This document shows positions 22,165 through 32,359 of a stretch of DNA of 64,000 bases, piece by piece; position 1 is the first letter of the stretch, and each line of letters begins with the position of its first letter. This stretch comes from a bacterium (GTDB taxonomy: Bacteria > SAR324 > NAC60-12): NCBI GenBank assembly GCA_965205865.1, contig CBDBHR010000030.1:768001-832000 (forward strand). Direction: 5' to 3'. A model generated the notes under the pieces. The model was not told the origin of the DNA, did not search any database, and saw only the letters and a program-made list of their open reading frames with translations. The translations under genes and the position numbers were made by a program.

Positions 22165-22583
22165 TAGGGGCTTGACGCTGCGTAGTAATGCTAAAATCAT
22201 GCCTTTACTAAGTTGTTTTAGTGAAGGAGAGGGTTCCCGCTCGATCGATTGAACAATATCGTGGGAGGACTTAAAACCATGGATCCTCCCTGGGAATTGT
22301 GTTCAACGATATTTAACTAAACCGCTTCTAACTGTCCCCGGATTTGAGCAGATTTATTGATTTTTTTTTTTGCGAATCCTGCATTTTTTGCATTTGGGGC
22401 TAGACATTGCGTATTAGTTGTGTTAGACTCATGCCTTCGCTAAGTTGTTTTAGCGAAGGAGAGGGTTCCCGCTCGATCGATTGAACAATATCGTGGGAGG
22501 ACTTGAAAACGATCGATCCTCCCCGGGAATCTTTTTTAAATGATATTTAATTAAACAGGTTTTTCAGAGACCTGAATAGTTAC
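22165..22583 (+). promoter_or_regulatory. two tandem promoter plus structured leader modules
   Basis: TAGACA-17-TAGACT (22401-22429); hairpin CCTTCGCTAA/TTAGCGAAGG; nested stems GGTTCCCG/CGGGAATC and GGGAGGA/TCCTCCC; T-run. Confidence 0.6.
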
Positions 22584-22608
22584 AACTAAAGAATATAAGG
22601 AGAATAAA

Positions 22609-24426
22609 ATGAAACTCTTAGCAAGTATAGAAACCTTAATAAAAACCTTCGCGGCTGGGCTGATCTTAATCTTCGTGGCCACAGCATCGTGGGCAGGCGA
22701 AATGGTGGACGTCAAGCTCACCAAGCTGGACGGAACCACCATGATAAAAAAGATGGAGAAGCCGCGATATGGTGGCTGGGCCGACGAGAATCCCAGACCC
22801 GAAACGCCTGGCTGGTCGCCGGATGGTCCCATGTTTCAGAATTGGCCTCTGCAAGTCACTCTTGATCGACTGCTGTCCTTTGACTTTTATAGGGGGCCAA
22901 CCGGCACAGATGAATACTCGTTTATCGGAGGCGCCCCCCCTAATGTAGCACTTATAGGAAATGTAGCTGAAAGCTGGGAACAGACCGACTTGACAACCAT
23001 GATCCTCAAAATTCGCAGGGGGGTTCGCCACTGGGATAAGAGCGACGTGGCGCGGCCCCATATGCTGCTGGAGTCGGCCTATGGCCGGGAGCTTGATGCC
23101 TATGATATTGAATACTCCTGGAATAGGATTGTAGCGGCTCCTACTTCTGGCCAGACCGGCCGGCAAGAAAAATATAAGGCCCTTGATAAATGGACGCTTG
23201 AAATAAGTTGGGAAAAACCGGATGGCACTTTGATGCCCGCTAATTTGTCGGGTACGGTCCTCATCCGGCCAGTTGAAGTCACGGACGAGGTGAACAGCGC
23301 TGACTGGCAGAATGCCATAGGCACAGGACCCTTCATCCCGATAGGTTATGTCGAGGGGAGTGTGGCAACCTACAAAAGGAATCCGAACTACTGGCAGCAC
23401 GACCCCTTCTTCCCCGAGAACCAACTTCCCTATCTGGACGGTTTTCGGCATGTAGTCTTAAAGGAAGATGAGGCGATTCTTGCGGCACTGCGGACAGGCA
23501 AGCTTGAACGAGCTCCTGGTCTTGCGGGCATCAACTGGCGTCACGCGGAAAGCCTGGCGAAAAGCAACCCTGAGCTCAAGCACGACGTGTTTTATAGCAG
23601 CATGAGAGTGATGCATGTGCGCGTAGACCTCGAGGATAGTCCCTGGCAAGATATCAGGGTGCGACAGGCAGCCATGCTGGCCGTTCCCCACCAACAAGTA
23701 GTTGACGGATTCTACAAGGGTAATGCCGGTCTTTATGGTTGGCCGGCCTGTCCGGGTCATGCCCCGTTGTATGTCCCCTATGAAGAGTTGCCCACAGAGC
23801 CAACACTACCCGATTCAGGGGCTAGCGCGAAAGAGCTGATCGAATATCATCCGGATAAGGCACGTCGACTTCTCGCCGAGGCCGGCTATCCTGACGGTTT
23901 CGAATTCGAATTGCTTACCCCGCCTGAATTCCAGGAGTGGGCCCAGCTTTATGCCGGCTTCTTTGACGCTGTCGGTCTGCATGCGAAAATCCGGGTTGAA
24001 GAATCCGGTGTCTACTCGTCCATGCTGGTCAAGGGAGAGGCCATGGAAATGGCAGCTAACGATTGGGGTGGCTGTGGGAATGCACTTTTGCCCTTCAACT
24101 ATTATTACCAACCGGGACACCAGTACAACTATTCCCATGTCACCATGGAGCAAGGCTTGGATGTGGTTCTGGATAAGTATGCCGAAATTGCGGAAACCTT
24201 GGACCCAAAGGAGTTCATCAGGAAGTTCCGGGAGCTATTGATCTACACGATAGAAAAAGCCCATGTGATCGGCCTGCCACCGGAGTCGGTACTGCTTTAC
24301 TGGCAACCGTGGCTGAAAGGTTTTAGCGGTGAAGGTAGCGTTGACACTGAGAGTGCTCATTCCATAGTAAAGCATTTCTGGATTGACCAAGACCTACAGC
24401 TTGAGATCACCGGAAGCAACGAGTAA
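22609..24426 (+). CDS. family 5 substrate-binding protein, cassette 3
   Basis: signal peptide ..ASWA, PRYGG, VAESWE, GTGPF, RNPNYW, LLAEAGY. Confidence 0.9.
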   Translation: MKLLASIETLIKTFAAGLILIFVATASWAGEMVDVKLTKLDGTTMIKKMEKPRYGGWADENPRPETPGWSPDGPMFQNWPLQVTLDRLLSFDFYRGPTGTDEYSFIGGAPPNVALIGNVAESWEQTDLTTMILKIRRGVRHWDKSDVARPHMLLESAYGRELDAYDIEYSWNRIVAAPTSGQTGRQEKYKALDKWTLEISWEKPDGTLMPANLSGTVLIRPVEVTDEVNSADWQNAIGTGPFIPIGYVEGSVATYKRNPNYWQHDPFFPENQLPYLDGFRHVVLKEDEAILAALRTGKLERAPGLAGINWRHAESLAKSNPELKHDVFYSSMRVMHVRVDLEDSPWQDIRVRQAAMLAVPHQQVVDGFYKGNAGLYGWPACPGHAPLYVPYEELPTEPTLPDSGASAKELIEYHPDKARRLLAEAGYPDGFEFELLTPPEFQEWAQLYAGFFDAVGLHAKIRVEESGVYSSMLVKGEAMEMAANDWGGCGNALLPFNYYYQPGHQYNYSHVTMEQGLDVVLDKYAEIAETLDPKEFIRKFRELLIYTIEKAHVIGLPPESVLLYWQPWLKGFSGEGSVDTESAHSIVKHFWIDQDLQLEITGSNE

Positions 24427-24448
24427 GACAGGTTACAGAAAGCAGCAC

Positions 24449-24486
24449 GGGGGCTGGGGGGACTCTCTCCCGCCCCCTTTTTCTTT
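24449..24486 (+). terminator. intercistronic hairpin with T-run
   Basis: GGGGGCTGGGGGGA-CTC-TCTCCCGCCCCC-TTTTT. Confidence 0.55.
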
Positions 24487-24506
24487 ATCATTGTGAGGCC
24501 TCATTA

Positions 24507-25466
24507 GTGCGGACATATATAATCCGAAGACTGTTATTGATTATTCCCACCGCCCTCATTGTGACCATCATCGTCTTCTTTACGTTTCGTCTCATCCCCG
24601 GGGACATAGTAGACCTGATGGCGGCGTTGCAAATAAGTCAGGGAAGCGGATCGGGTGACCAACGGGAGGCGTTGAGGCGCGAACTCGGGCTGGATCTGCC
24701 GATTCATATCCAGTATGGCCGTTGGTTATCAGGTGTGCTGAGAGGGGACCTGGGAAAATCCTTATGGACAAAACTACCGGTAGCCGAGAACATCATCAAT
24801 CGATTGCCGGTATCCCTTGAAGTTGGCATCCTGGGCTTAATCATATCGTTGGCCATCGCCTTACCCGTGGGCGTCTTGTCCGGCATGCGGCCGGAAACGA
24901 ACATGGATTATCTCCTGCGTAGCATAGCCATCCTCTTTATCTGCATTCCCAATTTCTGGCTGGCGACGATCGTTTTGATCTACCCGTCCGTCTGGTGGGC
25001 CTGGTCGCCACGGATGACGTATATTTCTTTCATGGAGGACCCCCTTGCCAACCTGGGCATGTTCATCATCCCGGCTGCCATCCTGGGGATGTGGCTCTCG
25101 GGAGTCACCATGAGACTGATTCGCACCATGATGCTGGAGGTGCTCAGGGAGGATTACGTCAGGACGGCCTGGGCCAAGGGGCTGAAGGAGAAAGTGATCG
25201 TGCTGAGGCATGTCCTGAAGAATGCGCTGATCCCGGTGGTCACCATGCTGGGGCTTCAGCTACCCGTCATGATTGGTGGTGCGGTGATTGTGGAGTATAT
25301 TTTTTCTCTGCCCGGGCTGGGTTCGCTCACGGTCGACGCGATTAATCGGCGAGACTATCCCATTGTCTCCGCAATCAATCTGTTTGTCGCGGGCTTTGTG
25401 CTCGTGATTAATATCCTCGTGGACATCAGCTACGCCTGGCTTGACCCCAGGATCAGGTATCAATAG
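24507..25466 (+). CDS. DppB-like permease, cassette 3
   Basis: DYVRTAWAKGL, RRDYPIV, LDPRIRY. Confidence 0.9.
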   Translation: MRTYIIRRLLLIIPTALIVTIIVFFTFRLIPGDIVDLMAALQISQGSGSGDQREALRRELGLDLPIHIQYGRWLSGVLRGDLGKSLWTKLPVAENIINRLPVSLEVGILGLIISLAIALPVGVLSGMRPETNMDYLLRSIAILFICIPNFWLATIVLIYPSVWWAWSPRMTYISFMEDPLANLGMFIIPAAILGMWLSGVTMRLIRTMMLEVLREDYVRTAWAKGLKEKVIVLRHVLKNALIPVVTMLGLQLPVMIGGAVIVEYIFSLPGLGSLTVDAINRRDYPIVSAINLFVAGFVLVINILVDISYAWLDPRIRYQ

Positions 25467-25480
25467 AGGAGAAGAGGGAA

Positions 25481-26419
25481 ATGGCGCTTAGAGATGAGGA
25501 GTTGGCAACGCAAGCAGCCGTACAGGTAAAAAGGAGACCGCTTCGTAACTTCCTGTCCAGGCTCTTCCGGGAGAAGAAGCTGGGTGCGGTTGGCTTGATT
25601 ATCGTCCTGGCATTTCTGGTGGTGGGTATCTTTGCTCCCCTGATTGCCCCCCATGGCATGTACGACTATAACCTGATGCATGTGATGGAAGGCCCCTCAG
25701 CCGAGTTTCTCATGGGGACAGATCAGTACGGGCGAGACCAGGTCAGCCGTATTATCTACGGGGCTCGTATCTCTATGATTGTCGGGCTTTCCGCCGGTGT
25801 TCTTGCGGTGGGGATTCCTATTTTTCTTGGCATTTTCTCAGGGTACTGGGGCGGTAAGTTTGACCTCATTTTGCAGCGGTTTGTTGATGCCGTACAGTCT
25901 TTTCCATGGCTTTTCATTATCCTGGGCGTCATGTCTCTGCTGGGACCCGGTATGGTCCAGGTCATCCTTGTTTTGGGGGTGTTTTGGGGTATCACCAATA
26001 CCAGGATGGTCAGGGGCGTGGTTTTGAGCACCAAGGAGAACGTGTATGTACAGGCAGCGATTGCTACTGGCTGCAGCACCTGGAGAATCCTCTTTAGGCA
26101 CATCCTGCCTAATATTTGGGCGTCGGTCATCGTTTTGTTTACCGTTACCGTCGGTTCAGCAATTATCGCCGAGGCCACCATCAGCTTCCTGGGATTTGGG
26201 ATTCCTCCACCCCAGCCCAGCTGGGGCGGCATGCTTAGCCTGGAAGGCCGTAAATATATGTACCAGGCTCCCTGGCTGGCATTGTGGCCCGGTCTCTGCC
26301 TGGCCATCGTCGTCTACGGGGTAAACATGTTCGGCGATGCGCTCCGGGACCTGCTCGATCCCAGGCTGAGGGGGGGCGTTGGGCGTTTGGGCGCCTTTGA
26401 CACGAAGTTGCTTAAGTAA
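25481..26419 (+). CDS. DppC-like permease, cassette 3
   Basis: MGTDQYGRD, HILPN, NMFGDALRDLLDPR. Confidence 0.9.
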   Translation: MALRDEELATQAAVQVKRRPLRNFLSRLFREKKLGAVGLIIVLAFLVVGIFAPLIAPHGMYDYNLMHVMEGPSAEFLMGTDQYGRDQVSRIIYGARISMIVGLSAGVLAVGIPIFLGIFSGYWGGKFDLILQRFVDAVQSFPWLFIILGVMSLLGPGMVQVILVLGVFWGITNTRMVRGVVLSTKENVYVQAAIATGCSTWRILFRHILPNIWASVIVLFTVTVGSAIIAEATISFLGFGIPPPQPSWGGMLSLEGRKYMYQAPWLALWPGLCLAIVVYGVNMFGDALRDLLDPRLRGGVGRLGAFDTKLLK

Positions 26420-26463
26420 AGTGCTCAAGAGAAAAGAAGCAAAGGCTATTCAATGAAGGTGAA

Positions 26464-26832
26464 GGGGTCAGGCTTGCAAGTTTGCAAATTTAAGAAAACG
26501 TTTTTAGGTTGAGTTCTTTTAACCGCTTTTGGAGATTTGTGGATTCCTTCAATCTTTCTCACAACTTATGCACTCCACGAATGATAGTAGAATCATCTCG
26601 ATTGAGAGCATTTGCCACTCCCCGGATTGTTGCAGATTTCCAATCGAAAACTGATAAAAGCGACGAGAGTCGCTGTCATCGAAAAAGTATGTTGCCCCCC
26701 ATTGCCTCGAAGTATCACATGATAAAGCGCACCAGGGTAGTACAAACGTGGTTTCCGAGACAATTTGGCAAATTGAAAAAGGTTAAAATTTAAAAAAATA
26801 CTCTATTTTTGCAAACTTGCAAGCCTGACCCC
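26464..26832 (-). mobile_element. internally deleted RAYT-like (Y1 transposase) element with 25-bp terminal inverted repeats
   Basis: GGGGTCAGGCTTGCAAGTTTGCAAA..TTTGCAAACTTGCAAGCCTGACCCC; minus strand reads SRKPRLYYPGALYHVILRGNG, then a C-terminal HTH-like VANALNRDDSTIIRGV. Confidence 0.8.
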
Positions 26833-27136
26833 GATTCGAAAATACCATTGTACGAGCATGACCCTCAACTCCAATCTTATCCGCAAATATAGCTTGATCC
26901 TATCTTACCAATTTTATAAAAACCCATTTATGAAAATCATAAAATTCTATCCGGGTGTTTTGTATGGGGAACATGAGAAAAACTTGAACGATCATTCGGA
27001 ACTAAATGCAAGAAAACGATTTAATCAATAAAAATGCTGTCATTGAAGGAACAATCTTCGACTGTCTCCAAATCGACAAACTGCTTAAAACATCCTCAAA
27101 TTCAGGGATATATTAAAACTGTCCAGACTTAATAAG

Positions 27137-30100
27137 ATGCGTTTCATGCATCCGGAAGCAATCTTTTCGTCCTATTTGAGTGATCTCGCCGCTGTGGCCC
27201 AACAAGGCGATGCCCGGGAGGAGAGTTTTTACCCGGCGCTTGCTGAAATGCTGAAGCAAATCGCCAAAGCGACCGGGAAATCGCATATACACGTGACCAC
27301 CCTTCCCAGACCGACCGACGGGGGGAATCCGGATTTTCGTCTCTGGAATGGCAAAGATCACATCATCGGCTATATCGAAGCCAAGAAACCGAGCGAAGAG
27401 CGACTGGACAGTATCGAGAAATCCGAACAGCTCAAGCGTTATCGATCCACGTTTCCGAATCTCATACTTACCAACTTTCTCGAATTCCGCTTGTACCGTA
27501 ATGGCAACCTCGAGCGTTCGGTTCTGGCAGCCCGGCCATTCGTACTCAACACCTTGCATACGACACCGGCCCTTGAAAAATCCGGTGAACTATTAGCCCT
27601 TTTCGAGCACTTCCTGGATTTTGTTTTACCCCAAACGTTCACGGCCGAATCGCTTGCCATTGAGCTGGCAAAACGTACGCGCCACCTGCGCGACGTCGTC
27701 GCCGAGCAGTTTCAAGACGAACGGCACAAACGAGGTATGCTATCCGGCTTTTTCGAAGCCTTCCAGACCTATCTTATCGGCTCACTTACAAGTGAGGATT
27801 TTGCCGACTTGTTCGCCCAGACCATTTCCTATGGACTTTTCGCTGCCCGTATCCGCGCCGAAAATGGTTTCAACCGGCGTGCCGCTTTCGACAACATTCC
27901 CCACACAATCGGTGTCTTGCGTGACCTTTTCCGCTTCGTCTCACTAGGCGATTTTCCTGCCGCCCTCGCCTGGTGCGTGGATGACATTGCAGAGGTGCTG
28001 GCCGTGGCAGATGCCCCCGGAATTCTGGATCATTACTACCAGGAAGGCAAGGGCAATGACCCGATCGTGCATTTCTACGAGACCTTTCTCGCGCAGTACG
28101 ATCCCGAAGAACGTGAACGACGCGGAGTTTACTACACTCCCGAACCGGTGGTGAAGTACATCGTTCATTCCCTTCATGGCCTTCTCAAGACGGAATTCGG
28201 CCGGCACGATGGTCTCGCTTCCGATGGCGTGACCCTCCTCGATCCGGCGGCGGGAACGATGACATTCGTCGCCCGAGCCGCCCAACAGGCGGTGTCCGAA
28301 TTCGAGGCTAAATATGGCAGTGGTGGCCGGCAAGACTTCATCCGTCACCATATTCTGAGAAACTTCTATGCCCTCGAATTGATGATGGCACCCTATGCTG
28401 TTGGCCATCTCAAAATGAGTTTTATTCTGGAAGAACTCGGCCACCGTCTCGAGGACAACGAACGTGTTCCGTTCTACCTCTCCAATACCCTCGACATGGA
28501 AGAATTGGAAGAAAGCCATTTTCCGGGACTTTCCGCTCTTGTCGAGGAATCCCGGCTGGCTGGAACGATCAAAAAACAGGCCCCGATCCTGCTCATCCTT
28601 GGTAATCCTCCCTATTCGGGTCATTCCAGTAACAGGGGCGAGTGGATACGGAAGATGATCGAAAATTACAAACAAGTGGACGGGAGTCCCCTGGGAGAGA
28701 AAAACCCGAAGTGGCTGCAGGATGACTACGTCAAGTTCCTGCGATTCGCCCAGTGGAAAATCGAGCAAGCCGGGCAAGGTATCGTCGGCATGATCACCAA
28801 TCACAGCTACCTCGACAATCCCACTTTTCGTGGCATGCGGCGGAGTCTGATGCATACATTCGATGACATCCATATCCTCGACCTGCACGGCAACTCTCTC
28901 AAGAAGGAGAGATGCCCGGATGGCAGTCCCGACCAGAATGTTTTCGATATCCGTCAGGGCGTGACCATCGCCTTCTTCATCCTGCGAGGCGGAAAAAAAG
29001 AAAGTGATGCCCGGGTTTGGCACGCGGAACTCCACGGGACGCGCGCGAGCAAGTATGACTGGCTGGATGCTCATGACCACGGTGACACTGGCTGGCGCAA
29101 ATTAAACCCCACTGCCCCGTTCTACCTGTTCATACCCCGTGACGATGCGCTCGCAGTTGGTTATCAGCGATTTATCCCGGTTCCCGACATTTTTCCGGTC
29201 AACAGCGTCGGTATCGTGACCGCGAGAGATCACCTGACGATTCGCTGGTCGAAACAAGAGGTGTGGGAAACCGTCCGTCCTTTTTCGGGATTGGACCCGG
29301 AACTGGCCCGGCAGGGTTATGCTCTCGGTAAAGATACGCGAGACTGGAAAGTGACGCTGGCGCAGAAGGACTTGCGGGACTCCGGTCTCAAACATCAAAA
29401 AATCGTTCCGATCCTTTATCGACCCTTTGACGTGCGCTACACCTATTACACCGGCCGGTCACGCGGTTTCATCTGCATGCCTCGTCCTGAGGTCATGCGC
29501 CACATGTTGGCTGGGGAGAATTTGGGACTAATGATGCCTAAACAACATAAGAATGAATTTGGCGCTTTAGTAACTCAATTCATTAGCGCTCACAAATCGG
29601 TTGCAGCATACGATATCAATTATCACTTCCCTGTCTACATTTACCTCGCGACAGACCACAATAATCTTTTCGCTCAAAACGAGTCAGCCGAACGAAAGCC
29701 GAACCTGAACTCCGAGTTGGTGACGGCACTGGCGAAGGCGCATGACAAAAAACCCTCTCCCGAGGCGATCTTCCACTACGTCTACGCTGTTTTGCATGCC
29801 CCGGCATATCGCAATAAATACGCTCAATTCTTGCGCACCGATTTCCCGCGTATCCCGTTTACTACAGACAAAGATTTGTTTGACAAGCTCGCCGGTCTGG
29901 GTTCACGACTGGTCGCCTTACATCTCCTCGAGTCACCGGAACTCGATCCGCCAACCTGCCACTTTGAAGGCGAAGGTAACGATACAGATGGTTGCACGGA
30001 CAAAGGCGCAGGGCTTTCGCTACGACGCCGCTGAGCAACGTATGCACGTCAACAGAACGCATTACTTCAGCCCCCTCCCTCTGGAAGTTTACGAATACCG

Positions 30101-30283
30101 CATCGGTGGCTATCAAGTCTGTGAAAAATGGTTGAAAGACCGCAAGGAACGTCGTCTCAAACCACCGACATCCGTACCTACTGCCGGATGGTGACTGCCA
30201 TCGAGCGCACAATCACAATCCAACAACAGCTTGACATTGCTTATGCCGATTTGGAAGATAACTGCGTGTCGCTCAAGGAATGA
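27137..30283 (+). pseudogene. type ISP/IIG-like fused restriction-modification enzyme (N6-adenine MTase); C-terminus frameshifted
   Basis: PDF..IEAK nuclease motif, RGVYYTPEPVV, LLDPAAGT, GNPPY, YRPFD, DFPRIP; YRIGGYQVCEKWLKDRK in another frame. Confidence 0.85.
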
Positions 30284-30559
30284 ATGTATACTACTCGTCA
30301 ATCACTATGCTAAAAAAGTGACTGGACAGGAAGAGATTCCAATGAACGGTTCACAACGCTTTATACGATTTGAGGTACAACCTGATGAACCACCACATTT
30401 AACGGTTAAATAGCTTTTTCAGAATTACTAATATTTTCTGTATATTCTCATAGGAAAATTTACATTCCTGCCTCGGTAGATAAAGAGGGCATAGAAGTTT
30501 CTCAGAATGTGGTGGCGGATAAAGTCTTCTCGGCCATTACTACCATATTTAATCTCGAA

Positions 30560-30806
30560 TTGGGCACTGCATTGGCTTTAATGACGATAAAGCCAGTAAC
30601 CGAAATAATGTGCTTCATAGACCACTTCCATAGGGAGCGCGTTGAAGGGAATCTACAGCTTTTGTGACGCCGACCAACTAGCCGGTATCGACTGAAAGCT
30701 CATCTCCATTCAAGGTGCGGAGGGTTACGTGAAAACTCTTCTTATGCGCATCAATGCCAACAAATAGGGTTTGACCTGATAAAGATTCAATGTAAACTTT
30801 TTCCAT
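30560..30806 (-). pseudogene. IS110-family transposase N-terminal fragment
   Basis: RBS GAGGAG, MEKVY..LFVGIDAHKKSFHV..VVYEAHYFGYWLYR with internal stops. Confidence 0.65.
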
Positions 30807-30926
30807 GACAGTCTCCTCTAAAGGTTGTTTGTAATTTGAGAAATTTCATTTTTTATCACACTCTTCGGAAGCTGTCTGTTTTACATAGTAAATATGTGGA
30901 CTATTTTTCAGGCTGTGGCTCATGAA

Positions 30927-31284
30927 GGGGTAAGGCTTGCAAGTTTGCAAATTTAAGAAAACGTTTTTAGGTTGAGTTCTTTTAACCGCTCTTGGAGATT
31001 TGTGGATTCCTTCAATCTTTCTCTCAACTTATGCGCTCCACGACTGATAGTAGAATCATCTCGCTTGAGAGCATTTGCCACTTCCCGGATTGTTGCAGAT
31101 TTCCAATCGAAGACTGATAAAAGCGACGAGAGTCGCTGTCATCGAAAAAGTATGTTGCCCCCCATTGCCTCGAAGTATCACATGATAAAGCGCACCAGGG
31201 TAGTACAAACGCGGTTTCTGAAACAATTTGGCAAATTGAAAAAGGTTAAAATAAAAAAAAATACCTTATTTTTGCAAACTTGCA
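30927..31284 (-). mobile_element. second copy of the RAYT-derived element; one terminal repeat cut by a group II intron
   Basis: near-identical to 26464-26821; lacks terminal AGCCTGACCCC. Confidence 0.8.
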
Positions 31285-31705
31285 GTCACCGTAAAGAACT
31301 GACTTATAGTGGTTTCCAGCCACCTTTCGTCATTCCTCCGGTACAGATCCGGACGTGCGCTGCTAATGCATCCGGCTCCTGCTTCGAGTCAGACGCTCAA
31401 ACGTTGCCGTTTGGCGCACCCTGCTTAAACCGCTCTCTGATTTTACCGGCCTCTGAGTTCCGAACACAGGAGGGCAAGCAGAATTCCTCTCAGCCAAGTC
31501 CCTTTGCTCCACAGGCTCCGTTGATTTCCTTTGCATTATTACTCTCTACAAATGATCTCATTGTTCGCCGCTTCATCGCTACTACGAACTTGTCCGACTT
31601 CCTGAAGACGTAGATATCGGGGTTATTTATTAATTTTCCCGATCCGACTACCAATAGAATGTTGACAGTCGTCTTCAGGATCTCCCAGGTTCCGATCAAG
31701 AAACT
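31285..31705 (-). mobile_element. ORF-less group II intron, 5'-truncated; uninterrupted copy of the outer intron
   Basis: reverse complement of ~20506-20634 joined to 21544-21835. Confidence 0.9.
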
Positions 31706-31869
31706 CATTTTAGAAGTGGCTTATGATTTTGACAACTCTCCTCTCAACTCAACATATCTTTATCCGTACAGGTCGAAATTTTTTATTAACGCCAAACCCG
31801 TTGATCAGATGGGCACCAACGACTGCCGGCATGTGATAAACAGTCGGTCCAATTGCAAGCGCTCAAATG

Positions 31870-32036
31870 TCCGTCAAGCGGAACTCGACAAGCACGGCAA
31901 GAACCGCACCTTCCACATGCGCAGCGATGCCGGCCACGCCTTCTTCGCCGATTACCGCCCCAGCTACTGCGCCACCTCGGCTCAGGACATGTGGCTATAC
32001 GTCATGCTGTTTTACAACGAGCATCTCAGGGGTTAG
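31870..32036 (+). pseudogene. dienelactone hydrolase C-terminal fragment
   Basis: DAGHAFFADYRPSY..AQDMW..FYNEHL. Confidence 0.65.
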
Positions 32037-32359
32037 CTCAGGATTGGACGAGTGCAGTGTTCAGGTGCGTGGCCGGCAAAAGCAGTGGCGAGTCTCGCAT
32101 AGCGGCGCTTAGAACAGGACGCCACTCGCTGACACTGCAAGGCTGCCTTTGAATGGGAGACCAATACGACGACTGAGAGCGCACAAGACGTGTACAAGTC
32201 GCCGACCGCTGGCGGCGGGAAGGCGCCGCCGTTTGGACATGGGTTTGGGTATGAACCAAAACCGCCGAAAGGTACCCTCATCTCGTTTTCTGCGCAAATT
32301 TCCAACCCGGGTGTTGTGGTCCGAGTGTCAGAGCGCGGAGAAAGAGGACTTAACTGCTA

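Noticed and set aside
30807-30926. IS110 bridge/seek RNA upstream of the transposase stub
   Set aside because: Region is short, cut by the RAYT element, and shows no structure I can support
30972-31613. 213-aa ORF
   Set aside because: Read-through across the antisense strand of the RAYT remnant and the intron
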